From contig OY253685.1 in assembly GCA_958009085.1 (NCBI GenBank), forward strand, positions 124,001 to 188,000: 64,000 nt of DNA, read 5' to 3'. The translations under genes were made by a program, and so were the position numbers. Positions within the stretch are counted from its first letter, which is position 1; each line of letters starts with the position of its first letter. The notes beneath the pieces were generated by a model. The model was not told where the DNA came from. It saw only the letters and a list, made by a program, of their open reading frames with translations, and did no database searches. Origin of the DNA: Protoeuglena noctilucae (taxonomy: Eukaryota). Positions 24,701 through 38,304 of the stretch are shown in pieces.

Positions 24701-26983
24701 GCAGCTGCATTATGTGGGAGTCACCGTCACACGGACCTGTGCGGCTAGCCAGCGGTGCGTTGGATGGATGGTCGCATTGTCTCGCAGACCAACCACGTCA
24801 CCCTTGTCACACCCCATGCCTTGGTGTGCCTCGCAGTGACGACGGAGGGCGCCCAGGACGCCGGCGTTGTGCCTGGAGCACTGCAGCACGCTGCATCAGA
24901 CAACGATGGCGACGGCAGCAGGGGCGGTGACGTGGGTTCGACTGCCGCGGCAGGCCCGCATGTGGCAGCCAAGGCGCTGTGGGCTGGGCCGGGGCCGTCG
25001 GGCAGGGCTGGGGCGATAGGCGGCGAACAGAAGGAGCACGACAAGGGTACCAGGGGGGCGGGGGACATCAGCGATGAGTGTGCGCACAAGGGAGTGCTTG
25101 ACGGGCAGCCTGCGTCAGAGGGGGGGGAGGTGCATGGGTCCCAAGGGCGCGCATCAAGCGCTTGTGGGGACGTGTCGGGTGCAGCTGGGGTGGGGCTGGG
25201 AGGGGCCCGGGGGGGATCGCTGCCAGAAACAGAACGAAGGGCAGTTGTGGGAGATAAGGGGGAGCCTGGGCAACTGTCGTGGGGCCCGTCGCCTGCACAG
25301 TCGGGGGATGAGGGTGTCAGGGGTGGTGACAGAGATGGGAGTGGTGGGGCGGGGGCGAGGCATGCGGGTGGGGAGCAGCGGAGAGTAACGGGGCAGGGCA
25401 GGGTGCGTGCGGGGTCTGCGGGGCCAGCTGTGCGGAGAAGGGGGGCGGCGTGGGGCGGGGATGCGGGCGGTGTGGGGCTGGGCGACGGTGGAGGTGCGGG
25501 GCAAGAGCTGGCCGTCGTGGGGGGTGCGGGAGTGGTCGGGGTGGGTGTGGGCGGGGCGTCTTCTGCGCATGAAGGGTCACGGGACCGAGACACGGGTTCC
25601 CATCATACTAGGTGCGATAGATGGGTTCTCCTGGGCATGGGAGATGGGGATACGTGTTTGGGACTGTACGTGTACTAATTTGATGGTTGTTACGAGTGCA
25701 AATGGCAATATATGTTGTTATTGATCCATGTTTAAAGTGTTAGCGTGCCACTCTCCTCTGCAGTGTGGCTCCCGTGGGTTGGCGCCCGCCTCGGGTGAGG
25801 GAGGGCCACGCCGTGCACCTGGTGCATGGCCCGATCCCTGGGCCGTCCTCCGGTGCCTGGAAGCCCCGGCTGAGCAACGAGCATTTAATTGCGAATGGCG
25901 CAACTGCGGGTGGTGGTATCGGTGGGGCTGCGGGTGGTGTTGGGACGAGCAGCGCCGATGTGTTCGCTCATGAGACCAGAGGCGGAGTGGAGGGGTCGTC
26001 GGCGGCGCTGACGCTGCGGCACGCATCGGGGGCGGCAGCGACGGGGCCCGTGGCGGGACGGAGGGCCGCAAGCCAGGACGGGCCTGCAGGGCGAGTAATG
26101 GTGGCTACTGCTTGTTGTTTCTTTCCATAATCCAGGCGTCCATTAGATGGGCTAGGTTGGTCCCACGTGCTTTACATCAGTCACTCCCGCTCTTTCGCTG
26201 CGCTCACACCTCTCGTCGCCCCTCCACCTCTGCAGGCCTAGCCCCCGCGCCGCATCCATTCTCCGCCAGCTCGGCGCCGTGCCTCCCAGCCCAGGCTCCA
26301 CCTTCCAGGGCCGGCGCCCGGGAGTGACCCCCAACAACCCCGCCACCGTCAACACCGGTGCCCCCCCCGTCGCCCCTTCACAGCCAGAGAGGCCCCGGGA
26401 CACTCCCTCAGCCCCCGTGGCTGCCGCGACCCGCAACAACACCGCAGGCGCCGCCAGCGATGCGGAGTGCTTTGCGTCGGAAGGGTCTGGCACCCAGGTC
26501 CAGAGAACCGCGTCGATCGCAGCGGCGTCGGCGTTCAGTGCCCCGCCCCTGCGCGCATCCAAAGATTCCCGAGGGTCCGGGTCCGAGGGCTGGCGGCCTG
26601 CAGTGCACCCGGCAGCCAGCAAGGCCCCTGCAGCGGTGCACGCAATGGCGACTGTAATGGGAGCGCCGGAGGGGCTGCGTGCGCGGGGATCGGCGGTCGG
26701 CCCCGGGTGGAGCCGGCCCGTCGCCTCTGGGCCTCTGATGCAGGGGATGGGAGTGGGTGCTGGGTGGACGTCCAGGGAACCTGCATCGCTGCGCCCAGTG
26801 AAGAGTTTGGACCCCGAGAGCGGAGCCAGGCTGAGGGCGGAGGTGGAGGGAGTGGAAGGGGCATCTCGTGCAGGGGCGGGGGAGGGCAGGGGAGGCAGAC
26901 GGGGCAGCCAGGTTGTCAGAGGACGGGCGGTCGGTCAGGCGGTGCTGCTGGGGGTCACGGGCGTGGGTCTGTCGAGCAACTGA
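21789..26983 (+). CDS. Tubulin polyglutamylase (TTLL6/13-like) with long low-complexity C-terminus
   Basis: TTL motifs: WDVCWMD, QRINHFSGMLEICRK, FFPRTFVLP, WILKPDAGCQGRGI, QKYVGKPYLI..TKFDLRVYVLV, EGLVRFCT, HLTNSAVN, CFELLGLDVMLD, LLESNHMPSLNT/DSPLD. Gly/Ala-rich tail exons are less certain. Confidence 0.9.
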
Positions 26984-27128
26984 GGCGCTCTGGTGGGCGT
27001 TGTCGGCTGTCTTGATAGGTGCGACAGTACAGCTGCTGGCAGCCATGGCGTGGCGGTACGACGCGACAGCCGTCAAGAGACTTTCCGTGATTTTGAAACA
27101 ATGGCGACAACCAACGCCACAAAGCGGC

Positions 27129-28313
27129 TCAAGGTTTCTTGGCTTTCGCCCCAGCCACCGGCGCAGATGCGGGGGCCACGGCCGCCAGCAGCGACCCGTG
27201 AGGGGCGCGCAGCCACGCCGGCTCTTGGCGCCCTCCCTCGGGGCCCCCCGCGGGGCCGTGGTAGTCTGCCCGGCCGTCGCGCCATTCGATGCCCTCGTCC
27301 AAAAGCCGCGCCTTTCCCGCCGCGACCTCCTCCACCCAGTGCTGCTCGCCGTCGGGCCTGGGAGCGAAGCGAGATGTGAAGGAAGGATGCGTGAAGCACG
27401 TGGCTTGTGTCTGAGCTGCCCAGGAAGGCCTCTGGGTCGCAGGATTGGTGAGAGCTAGTGACAAAGTATGCAACGCGGGCCCTCACTTGTGCCTCCGGAC
27501 CCAGAAGAAGGCCGAATTGCAGTCGAGGATGGGGTGGCGTGCCGGGTCGCGCATGCCCGCCCGCGTCTGCACGGCCACCTCCTGCAGCTGACCCCTTGAC
27601 TGCGGCAGCGACTAAGGGAGGTGCTCTTCTGCCGCAAGCTGCCGCGAGCGCGGAGGGGGCGACGAAGCCGACGCCCGGCCTCAGTGTAAACTCGCCTGCC
27701 CGCGCGGCATGAAAGCGAACGGATGGTCCTCGGTCGGGAAAATCCTCAGACGCCGCATCCAATCCTTCCGGAGGTTGTTGCGCGGGAGCATACCCCACAC
27801 GGCCTCCTCCACCAGCGCCTCCGGCTCGCGCTTCCAAACCTCGATCGCGCTGCGCTCTTTCAACCCTCCCGGATACCCTGCGATTGGCATGCGATCCGAT
27901 CCGCACCCACGGCCGCCTGCTGCGCAGCGCTCGCGACGGGCGGGGCCGGCACGCACCCGTGTACCACGTGTGGTGATGATGCAGCCACTTCTTCCCCGTG
28001 AGCTCCACGTACTTGGCGTTGACGACGATGACGACGTCGCCGTCGAGCTGCGATGGCTGGTATGTGGGCTTATCCTTCCCCTGGAGCATCGTGGCAACCT
28101 GGCTGGCCAGACGGCCCAGCACGTTGCCCCGGGCCTGCGGGCAGGCGGCGCGCGGCACGTCCCGGGCGATCGTCGGCAGCCGCAGCAGCACGCGCGCGCT
28201 AGCCCGCTGCCCGCCCTCACGTCCACCAGCCGGAACGTGAGCCGCTCTGGGTTCTCGATCCCCCGCAGGAGCCTCCGCAGCTCCTTGGTTGCTTGCGCTG
28301 CCTGCGGCTGCAT
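27129..28313 (-). CDS. MRPL13: Mitochondrial ribosomal protein uL13 with C-terminal extension (5 exons)
   Basis: LVD/ARGNVLGRLASQVATMLQGKDKPTY, GDVVIVVNA, T/GYPGGLK, AVWGMLPRN, RLRIF. Two further in-frame exons follow a GC donor at 27695 and a GT donor near 27486. Confidence 0.85.
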
Positions 28314-28847
28314 CTCTGCTCACGCCCGCATCCTCCGGCCCCGTGGGAGCCCGCCTCAGGTGGCGGACAGCGCCGACTTTGCCGTGCGCTTGGCCTGCCC
28401 TCTCTTTGCGACGAGTGAAGGCGGTGCCGGGTTGCGGGACTCCTTGGCACGGCAAGCTCAGTCGATAGAAGCGTCTGCAGGAAGAGAGTGGGCTCGAAGC
28501 AAGCTCGCAGTCAGCGAAATGGGGGAGAACCTGGTGCCAGTCGCCCGCCACGGACTCCCTGAACCGCGTGCCGCCGCCGTCACCCACTCTGAAGCTGGAA
28601 CGAGTGACGGGGTGAACGACTGCGCGAGCCTCCGATATCGACTCGCGCGGAAGTGTCTCGGAACGGTTGCCCGGCGTCTCGCAGCTTTTCCCCCTCGCAG
28701 CGGCACCTGGACCTTCCGGACGCCGGCGTTCTCGATTCTTTTTCTTTCTTACGACAAGAAGGAGGCGACCGAAGCCATCGAGCCCGCGCCATCGTGCTCC
28801 AAAGCGACCGCAACCCTTGTCGGGGCTGGAGGCGCCTTCCTGCCTCC

Positions 28848-29937
28848 ATGGCGACGCGCTGTCAGTTCGAGAACAGCAACGACGTCGGGGTGTTCGCGAA
28901 CCTCACGAATGCGTATTGCATCGTCGCGCTCGGGACCTCGGAGAACTTCTACAGGTGCGCCGGGCGGGTACCGGCTCCAGATCCGGGCTGCCACGCGCCT
29001 GCTCGCCCATCCCCGCGGCCGACCCGGCTCTCGGCGTGCTCATCGATCGCTGGTGTCGTCCTTGGCGCCGTGGAACCCCGCTGCTCCTCCCTGCAGTGTC
29101 TTTGAGGGGGAGCTCGCCGACCACATCCCCGTGATCAAGACGTCCATCTCCGGGACGCGGCTCGTGGGACGCATGACTGGTGAGTTGGTTGCCGGGCGGG
29201 GCGCGCACGCTCCTTGGCCCTGCGCCACTTGAGTCGTGGTCACGGACGAGGTCGCCAGGCATCGTCAAGCAAGCCGACCGGGTCCCCCCTACCGCCTGCA
29301 GTGGGCAACCGCAACGGTCTCCTGGTCCCCTCTTCCACGACGGATCAGGAGCTGCAGCACATTCGGAACTCCCTGCCGGACGAGGTGGTGGTGCAGCGTG
29401 TGGAGGAGCGCCTGTCAGCCTTGGGCAACTGCATCGCGTGCAACGACTACGTGGCGCTGATACACCCGGACATCGATCGGGAAACCGAGGAGATCATCGC
29501 CGACGTGCTGGGCGTCGAGGTCTTCCGGCAGACCATCGCGGGGCAGGTGTTGGTGGGGTCGTACGCCAAGTTCACCAATCGGGGCGGCATCGTGCACCCG
29601 CAGACGACGATCGAGGACCTCGACGAACTCTCCAACCTTATACAGGCGAGGGCCTTGTGGGGAGGCGGGGGTGTTGTTTAGAGGGTGGCGCGGCAGGCTG
29701 TAATGCAAACGGTGGTGCATGTTGTGCGTGCAGGTGCCGCTGGTGGCGGGGACGGTGAACCGGGGTTCGGATGTGGTGGGCGCGGGCATGTGTGCAAATG
29801 ACTGGTCGGCCTTCCTGGGCCTGGACACGACATCGACGGAGCTGAGCGTGGTTGAGTCGGTGCTGAAGCTGAGGGACAGCCACCCGACCAACATCATCGG
29901 GGGCATGCGGGACGCCCTTATCGACCAAATGGCATGA
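28848..29937 (+). CDS. EIF6: Eukaryotic translation initiation factor 6
   Basis: [63 protein letters not shown]. Three introns, the third GC-AG (29646-29733). Confidence 0.97.
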
Positions 29938-30114
29938 GGGAGGCTGGACTTAGAGGCAGTGTTCAGTCCGTGTAGGTGCTTTGGCCCAGCACAGGGCCTT
30001 GGCTGTCGGCCTCCCACATACGCCGGCAAAGTTGAATGCGGAACCTCGCATATGTGACGAATGCCATTCAACGAGGTAGGTAGATTAGCACGCGAATGGC
30101 AGGGGGGTGGGATG

Positions 30115-31710
30115 TCAGTATGTGGCTGCCGTGACCTCCTCCAGGGGGGCTGAGCGCAGGGCCCGCTGCAAGAACGCAAAGCACGAAATGCGTGTTGGCT
30201 GTATGAGGCATCAACGATCTGACAGAGGTGTTAGCAAAGAATAGGTCCAGTCATGCACACTGAGTATACTGCCGTGTGATACAGGACCCTCTCACGCGAC
30301 ACACCTGGTTGCGGTAGGCGGGGTCGGCGGCCCACTTCTGGTAGTCCTGGGCGAGCCGGCGTAGGAAGACGGGGAGGAGCAGGGACGTGGTGGTGGCGAG
30401 GACCGCGTTGCAGGAAGCCTCGAGGAACTCCCGGGGCATGAGGTTGAAGGGGGGGACCACCTCGCACCACACGTCCAGCTGCAAGCAGGGGCGCTGGGTG
30501 ACAGGTCGTGACGTGGGGCGGGGCTGGTGTCAATGCGTTGGCAGAGCAAGGGGTGGGAGTCTGCAGAGTGGGTCGGCACCCTGCGTGGCTGCAATAACAT
30601 CCCAGCATCAAACCCTTCCGCACTGCGGCCTCGCCTGCGCGCTCGCTGTGATGGCCCCAGGCCCACCGGGTCCCCCCGAGGTCCATCGCATGTCCGTCAC
30701 CATCTTCATGCTGAACCGACGATCCAGCTTGAGACCCTCCACCTGTGGCAGAATCCGGTTTGCTTCTGCCTGGCTGCTCAGCCCATGCACATAGCGCTAC
30801 ACCTGGTACTCGCACTGCATCCCCACAAGGCAAGGCACCTGGCTCGACCCCCGCAGCCGGCACTTCTCCGCGACGAGCAGCACCCGCGGCGGATTAACCG
30901 TCTGCTCCACCACCACCTCCACGAGCGGCTCCAACCACAGGTCGAACAGTTGCATGCGCGACACCTGCAGGGGAAGCCAAGCAGGCCAAGATAAGATGGC
31001 GCTAAGCGGGGGCGTTGAGCCCGCAGGATGCGGTGGGGGCGCCGGACTAGCACCCCATCTCCTCGCACCTGAAGGGAGAAGCGGTTGCCGCCCAGAGAGC
31101 GGATGCTGTTCGCGTCCAGCACGAAGTACTGCTCGACGGGCAAGCGCATGTACCGCTCCAGGCTCACGTCCCCGCCCGCATCCACGACCTGCGGGCGGCG
31201 GCGGGGCGGCGGTTGCGAGGGCGCGCCGTCCTGCACGCCACCCTGCAGTGCGGCAGGTGCGATGCCCCACCTCCACCGTCCGCGAGGCCGAAGTGCCGAT
31301 GTGTGCGGGATCCCTCAAGCTCTCCTTGTCCACCCTGGGCCCGAATATCGGGTCGACATCCGCGGCGGACGCGCGGCAGACGACCTGCAGGGGCCGGGGC
31401 AGCGGGGCGCCCTCGTGTGAGCACGACGGCGCACCCTCGGGGGGCGCGGGGCGCTGGGCATCGCGGTGGCCATCGCACGCATCGCGACGGTCGAGGCGAT
31501 GGCTGCTGGCGCTCGCTCGCTGGCGCAGACACAGCCGTGAGAGGCTGTCCTCGTCCCAGCCCCGCAGCTGGGCCGCCCGATAGGCAGGGGCGGACACCGG
31601 CGTGACAGTTTGCAAGCATCACACGTCCTCACCTTAGGTGCGGGCCGTCTGACCGCAGCAATCCGCGCGGCGAGCGAGGGCTGGGGGTGCAGGAGCCCCA
31701 CGCGCCCCAT
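30115..31710 (-). CDS. DUF1997 family protein (START/SRPBCC-like), probably plastid-targeted
   Basis: SLERYMRLPVEQYFVLD...LGGNRF, LDVWCEVVPPFNLMPREFLEASCNAVL...FLRRLAQDYQKWA, and a transit-peptide-like N-terminus. Start is uncertain. Confidence 0.75.
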
Positions 31711-32224
31711 GTCGTCACGCGACCACCTCTCTGGCTGCGATTGACAAGGATATCGCAATCGGCTCTAGAAGCTCGTCTCCCTGCTGTCTGAGTGCGCCGC
31801 TGGGGACCCAAAGATACGCAGCCGAGCGAAAGCGTGAGTCCAACAGCTGCCGGGAATGAGATCATGAGCAGCAGTTCGTAGTGGTGGCGCGCATTGCCGC
31901 ACATGGCGACCACTCAAGCGCCCCGGTCCACCCTTTCACTGGCACACTGGCGTCGAGCTCAGCTGGAGCCAAAGGGAGCCCTCAGGAGCGCAGACCGAGC
32001 CAGCCAGGTGGCAATCGCGGCGACGCTTAGCTCCAGCAAGCGCAATCCGCCTATATCTGCCGGTACGCTCCATCTGGTGGACGTTTGTGACGAAAGTTTG
32101 CAGCAGTGTGTTGGTGTGCTGGCCTTCCCCTCCACAAGTGGCACATCCGAATTTAGGCCCGTGCCTGGAGCTTGAAGCGTGTGCGGCCCCGCCGCCGGCA
32201 CGGTGGCGCGCATGGGCTCATGCC

Positions 32225-34344
32225 ATGGGTCGCAACCGGGTCAGTTATTACTATGACCGGGAGATCGGGGCGCATTACTACGGCGCCAACCATCCCATGA
32301 AGCCACACCGGATGACGATGGCCCACCATCTGGTCCTCGGCTACGGCCTCCACGAGCATATGGAGGCGAGGGCTCGCCGGTTGCAGCGGGGCTGCAGCTG
32401 CGCGCGGCTCCCGTCACGTGCGAGGCTCCCCCCGGCACGCGAGAGCCACGGCACATGTGTGTTACCTCCGCAGGTGTTCCGGCCCCGCCGCGCGCACCCG
32501 GTGGAGCTGGCGCAGTTCCATTCGGAGGACTACGTCGATTTCTTGGCGAAGGCGAGGCGCTCGTGCGGTGTGGACGTGCATATCGCTAAATGCACAGCGA
32601 TATGCGATCACTCGCATCTCCCTCGCCCCGCAGGTCACGCCCGAGAACGCGAACGAGTACATCACGCAGATGCAGATGTTCAGCCTGGGCGAGGACTGCC
32701 CCGTCTTCGACTCCCTCTTCCGCTTCTGCCAGCTCTACGCGGGCGGGTCGATCGAGGGCGCTCAGCGTCTGTGCCACGGCGCGTGCGACGTGGCGGTGAA
32801 CTGGTCGGGCGGCCTGCACCACGCCAAGAAGTCTGAGGCCTCCGGCTTTTGCTACGTGAACGACCTCGTTCTGGCCATCCTGGAGCTCCTAAAGACCCAC
32901 GCGCGCGTGCTGTACATCGACATCGACATCCACCACGGCGACGGAGTGGAGGAGGCGTTCTATCTGACGGACAGGTCAGGGCATGGGCGGGGGTTGTTCA
33001 TTGAGCAGTGTGGGGTGGGTGGGCTGGGATGGACGATTGGAAAGGGTTGTGGATGTGGACACAGGGTCAAGGAAAGGGGTGGGAACTGAGTAGCTGGGCT
33101 TAGCAGGAGCAGAGAACGTGCTGCGTGAGGTGGGATGGAGTGGGCTGCCCAACGCACAGCTCTCTCCTGTCTCCTGCTTCCCTGCAGGGTCATGACGGTC
33201 TCCTTCCACAAATACGGGGATTACTTTTTCCCCGGCACGGGGGATCTGGCAGACATTGGGGAGGGCCTGGGGCGTGGGTACAGCGTCAACGTGCCATTGA
33301 AGGACGGAGTGGACGACACCACCTTCATACGACTCTTCCGGTGACTGCTTCATTGCTTCTTGAGTCATGCCAATCTCCTTATCCCACACACCTTCTCATC
33401 GCAGCCCCTTGGCAACTGCACAGACTACCCGCAGCCCTCTCTTCGCACCCCCACATCATCCACACCCCCTCCGCCCTCTCCCCGCAGCCCCATCATGACT
33501 CGCGTCATGGAGGTGTTCCGCCCCGGCGCCGTGGTCCTCCAATGCGGCGCGGACTCTCTGGCCAACGACCGCCTCGGGTGCTTCAGCCTCAGCTTGGATG
33601 GTCACGCAGACGCGGTCAAGTTCATGAAGACGTTCGGCGTGCCCATGCTCGTGACGGGGGGAGGGGGGTACATCAAGGTGACTTTTGATGTGAGGGAGAT
33701 GCCAGCGTGGGGATGGCAAGGAAGGTTTGTGAAAAGTCTTGCTTGCTCTTCACTTCTGCATTGTGGTTCTGAAAGCACGAACGTAGCCTTGGCGATTTCT
33801 CTGCAGGGTGTTGTAAAACTACCACCACTCACCCTTCCCCATCTTCCTTGTGCCTCTCAGAGCAACGTGGCGCGGTGCTGGGCGTACGAGACGGCGGCTC
33901 TCTTGGACCGCCCCATCGACGAGCACCTGCCCCGCAACGACTATTACGAGTACTACGCGCCCACCTACCGCATGCACGTGCCGCCGCCCTACGTCATCCC
34001 CAACGCCAACACCCGGGACAGGCTGGATCAGGTGAGAGGGAGAGACGGGGCGAGAGACAGAGGCGGCAAGAAGACCATGCAGATGCATCAACAACACAGC
34101 TGCATGCCATGGTGTGACTTGGTGTGTTCGATTGCGTGTCCAATTGCAACCATTAGTGATCCTGCATTGCATCACACGTTCGTGTGTTGCACCCCCTCAG
34201 ATACGCCAGGAGGTGATGGAGAACCTGCGTCGCATCCAGTGCGCCCCGTCCGTGCAAATGCAAGAGGTGCCGCCAGACTGGTACATCCCCGACGAGGAGT
34301 GCGAGGAGGAGGCGGACATGAGGATGCCGGACGACGGGATGTAG
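32225..34344 (+). CDS. HDA9: Class I histone deacetylase (HDA9/HDAC3-like), 7 exons
   Basis: [89 protein letters not shown]. The first two introns are GC-AG (32366-32473, 32552-32633). Confidence 0.93.
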
Positions 34345-34577
34345 GGGGTGGTATAGCGCACGACATATGGCCCGGCTTGCACCAACACGCATGTGCGTCT
34401 GTGGCTCAGTGATAATCGGACCCGATTCTCGTTACTAGGTGCGGATTATAGATTGTGGGGCGTTCTGCACGTCATCTCCCGCGTCCCTTTCAAACCAACG
34501 CTGGTGACCTCATCCGCTGCTACCAGTGCCTGGGTCAGGTCCCGACCCACTCAGTAAGGCAGCCTTGCATTCAACCA

Positions 34578-37500
34578 TCAGTCTCGCCCGTCGAGTGCGC
34601 TGACTTCTGCCATGCGGCGAGGAGGGCCCGGGGACGCTCCTGGTGTGCCTGCGGCGTGGTCAGCCGGGCACGGGGACGGCTGCGAAGGGGGCAGCAGGGG
34701 CGAGAACCACGGCAGCCCTCCAAAGCTCGAGCACGTCAGCTCCACACCAATGGAGTACATCTGCGAGGCAACAGTCGGGGGGGGGCAGTAGAATGGGCAT
34801 ATCCAGGACACCAGACCAGTGTTAAGAAGAGCTTGCTGCTCTCGTCTCACCTCAGAGGGCTCAACTGTTGTGCCTGGGCCATGGGTCGTCTCACAACCAG
34901 CGCCACGGCAGTCATCCACCGAGTGCCCCAATTGAAAACGAGGTGACTGGACTGCCGCAGCGGGGGAGGACGTAACAGCAGCGTCTGCCAGAGATGGCTG
35001 TGGTGTAGATGAAAGGGCTGGCACGGTCGGTGCTGCCGCCACAGATGACCCCGAAGGGGGCGCCGACGGTGCTTGCCCCGTCGTTGCCGGCTCACATGTC
35101 GCCGACCCCGATGGAGCCGGGTCCGATGACGATCGCGATGTCGCCCGTTCCAGCCTCGGTGCGGGAGCATCCACGTCCCGCTGGCCGTCCCAGTGGAGCA
35201 TGCGAGGCCGAGCCACGCGACCCGGCCCTGTCATCGCGGTTGTCCCCACCCCCACCCCAGCCGCGATGCCTGCTTCCCTCTTGTTCGCAACCGCAGTCGT
35301 CGACCCGTCTGGGCCTTGTGATTCCTCACTCCTGTCAGCTCTGCTGACAGCCCTCGTCCCGTCTGCACCCTGTGCTGTCGACTCGCCATCGGCCCCACCT
35401 GCACCCCCAGCCTTGGCAGCTCGATCCATGCTCGTGCTGAGCGTGTCCTGCCCGCTGAGCTCGCTGCAGGCGCTGGTGCTGAGACAAGACCCCAGGGGAG
35501 AGTCACTGTCGCCGCCGACAGCAAAGGGCGATGAAGCCTCGTCCGCGAATGCTTGCGTGCGGGCAGCGGGGTTGGCCACCGCCTGCGAGCGCAAAAACAG
35601 CAGTGGATCAGGCTGGTCGGCCGGTAAGCGGGAACATGCAGTGGCATCCATGCCCTGACAGCGGCAACATAAGTGCTATTGTGTTCCATAAACAGTCACC
35701 TTGAACGACGAGCTGTTGGTGGGAGCCAGGTACCCCGGACCGCGCCTGTTGGCATTCCCTTTCTCCCTGCCCCCCGCGGCGTCACTCGCAGACCGTGGCT
35801 TGCCCTGGGACGGCGGCGTCAGCACCGAAGCGGCCCCAGGTGCTGGGTCCCACGCAGTCGGTACGGCCGCGTCTGCAGGGCTGCAATGCTCGCCCGCGCT
35901 TGGGCTGGCGCCGTCCACGGCCGCCAGGGCAGAGATGGGCCGAGGATGCCCTCCCGTTAACGTCGCAGCCGAGGGAGCCCGGCTGGGCCCAGCCGGTTGG
36001 TCGCGGCTCGCGCTGCGCAACTGCGGGGTGTGGTTGTCGAGGAACCTCTCCATGAGTCGTTGGCGCACGCGGGTGTCCTCAGCTGACGTCGTGGTGCCTG
36101 ACGCAGGGCGCGACCATGGGCGGGCATCCACCGCTGCCTGGGGCGCGGCGCGGGTGGCCCTGGCGCTGCCCGCCCTGGGGAGCCGGACACGGTTGCTGGG
36201 TGTCAGTGGTATCCATGGAGCTGATGGGCTACTGTTGCAAAGCGAGCTCAATGCCATGACGCGCAACAAGTCCCTGTTCCATTCTCACCTGGCCCGAGTG
36301 AGGCTCTTCTCGGACTCAGCAATGGCCTCTCTCCCAGAAAACGTCACCGGCATGGCCTGGGATCACGGTGGGGTGAGGGTGGTGTGAGTGGGGTTGAAAC
36401 AAGTGAGGCAACAGGTCTGAGCAGAGCATGGGGCACTTGCCTTGTCTTTCAGTCGCCACGCGGACTGGTGCGTGGCCCTGGCGAAGGACGGCGCCTGGCT
36501 CTGCTCGCGCTCCCGGGATGCGATGCGCGTCTGCGGGCGATGACGGAGCCGTGTCATGTCAAGGACGACCAGCAGAATACTCACGTAGTTGCATTTGCCA
36601 CCATTAGAATTTGCAAGCTCCCTTGGACCAGTCCCACATCCACAGAACGATGGCTTGACCACCCGACCCGGCACTTTGTGACGGATCTCATTCCGAACTC
36701 CTGCCTCACCAGTGCCGCCGTCGTGATGCTGGTCTCGGATGGGTCTGAAGAGGCGGGGGACGCCACTCCCAGGGCCTCCCCCGCGGTCGAGTAGGCCGCC
36801 CCGGTCAGCTGATGGGGCGTCGTGACGGACTCTGTGTGAAGCAAAGGGCAGAGATGGAGATGCGCATGATACGGGTGGAGTGCATCTCGTGTGGGTGAGG
36901 CTGGGATGATAAGACGGATGGACCAGGCCTGGCAGCCCGACAATCCCTGTCAGTGATGGTGCTTAAAGGGCATGCAGGAAAGAGGAATTGGTTGGCTCAC
37001 CGGGGGAGAGGTTCGACGACCATCGGTCCAGGATGCGCAGGGCCAACTCCAACTGCCGGCCCTCTGAGGCGACGGGGCTGGAGCCGTCAGAGACCGTGGT
37101 TGTCTCCTGCATGGCACGATGTGACGCAACGTGACAGTCAAACAAACCATTGTTATGCTCTCCTCAGAAAAGATTGCGCCAAGCAGCAACGAGCAATGAG
37201 ATGCGTCCCCGCCAGCCCCAGCCCTGCGCCTCTGCAGTCGCTCACCGACCCCCGTGGTCCCTTGGCTCCCTGGCCAGCCCCGCCACGCTCCCGTGCCGAC
37301 GCCGGCGCAGTTGTCATCGTCCTTGCGCTAGCCGAGCGCCTCTTCGCACCGCTGCGCTTCTCGCCAACTGTCCCGTCCCTGGTCCCGCTGTCGGCATCGC
37401 CGTCTGCCCCCGCTGCCTCGCCCGCGACCGCCTGCTCTGACAGCGACGGGCGCTCCTCCCACCCAAACCACACCTCCGTCTTGCCCGACTCACCCCTCGC

Positions 37501-38304
37501 GGCTAGCTCCTGAGCAGCTGCCACCGACGCAGCTTGGCTGAGGTCGCGGATGTGGTCCCGGAACAGCGCGGGCTTGGGAGGCAAGGGCCCTCGCACGCGC
37601 ATGGCGTCCAGCAGGGCGCCCCCGGGGTCCGCGCCACGCAGAGATGATGGAACAGGCGCAGCTCCCCCGACCACCAGGTTCAGCTGGTGGTGGCGGCGCT
37701 GGCTGGCCTCTCGTCTCTCGCGTGGCGGGTGCAGCTCGGCGATGCGCTGGCTGGTCTCCACGGCCACCCGCCGCGCCCGCATCGCCCGCGCCTCCTCCCG
37801 CATCTCCGCAGCCGTCCGGCGGTCACGGCGGTGGCTGGGGCCTACCGCTGCTGCCGTCGCCCCCAGCTCAGAGCTGCGAGGGGAGAGTAGTGAGGCTTGG
37901 TGGCGCCCAGCATCCGCTGAGGGTCCAGTTTTCGCGAGATTCACATCCCTCACCTGCTGGCAGTGTCTGCAAAGAGCTCCGAGGTCGTGGGCACGATGCA
38001 CCGCGCCTCCGGGGGCAGCTCGGGCTTGGCGTCCGGCGTCCATCCCAAGAGCTTGTTAAACCCGACCACATTCCTGAGCTTGAGTGGCTCCGCAGACGCC
38101 CTGCGGATGGCGAGGGAAGGATGCAGTGCGTGACCCGCTCTCGTGTCTTTTTACCTCGCTGCAGGCCGCACGCGAGGGCAAGCACCTTTTAATCGCCTCT
38201 CCGCCATTCGGGCCCCACACCGCGCTCGATCGCGACCCGCCTAAGCCGATGAAGCGCCGGGCATCAGGTCGCTCGACGCCCGTCCAACCCGCAAGGTCCA
38301 CCAT
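34578..38304 (-). CDS. Multi-exon hypothetical protein, largely Ser/Ala/Pro low-complexity, no recognisable domain
   Basis: In-frame spliced path MVDLAGW...AIKR/ASAEPLKLRNVVGFNKLLGWTPDAKPELPPEARCIVP.../SELGATAA.../...ALDGRD* with GT-AG sites. No family recognised. Confidence 0.5.

Noticed and set aside
26984..27128. Hydrophobic peptide WWALSAVLIGATVQLLAAMAW as a small membrane protein
   Set aside because: It lies in the 145-bp gap between convergent stops, out of frame with TTLL and without its own plausible start.
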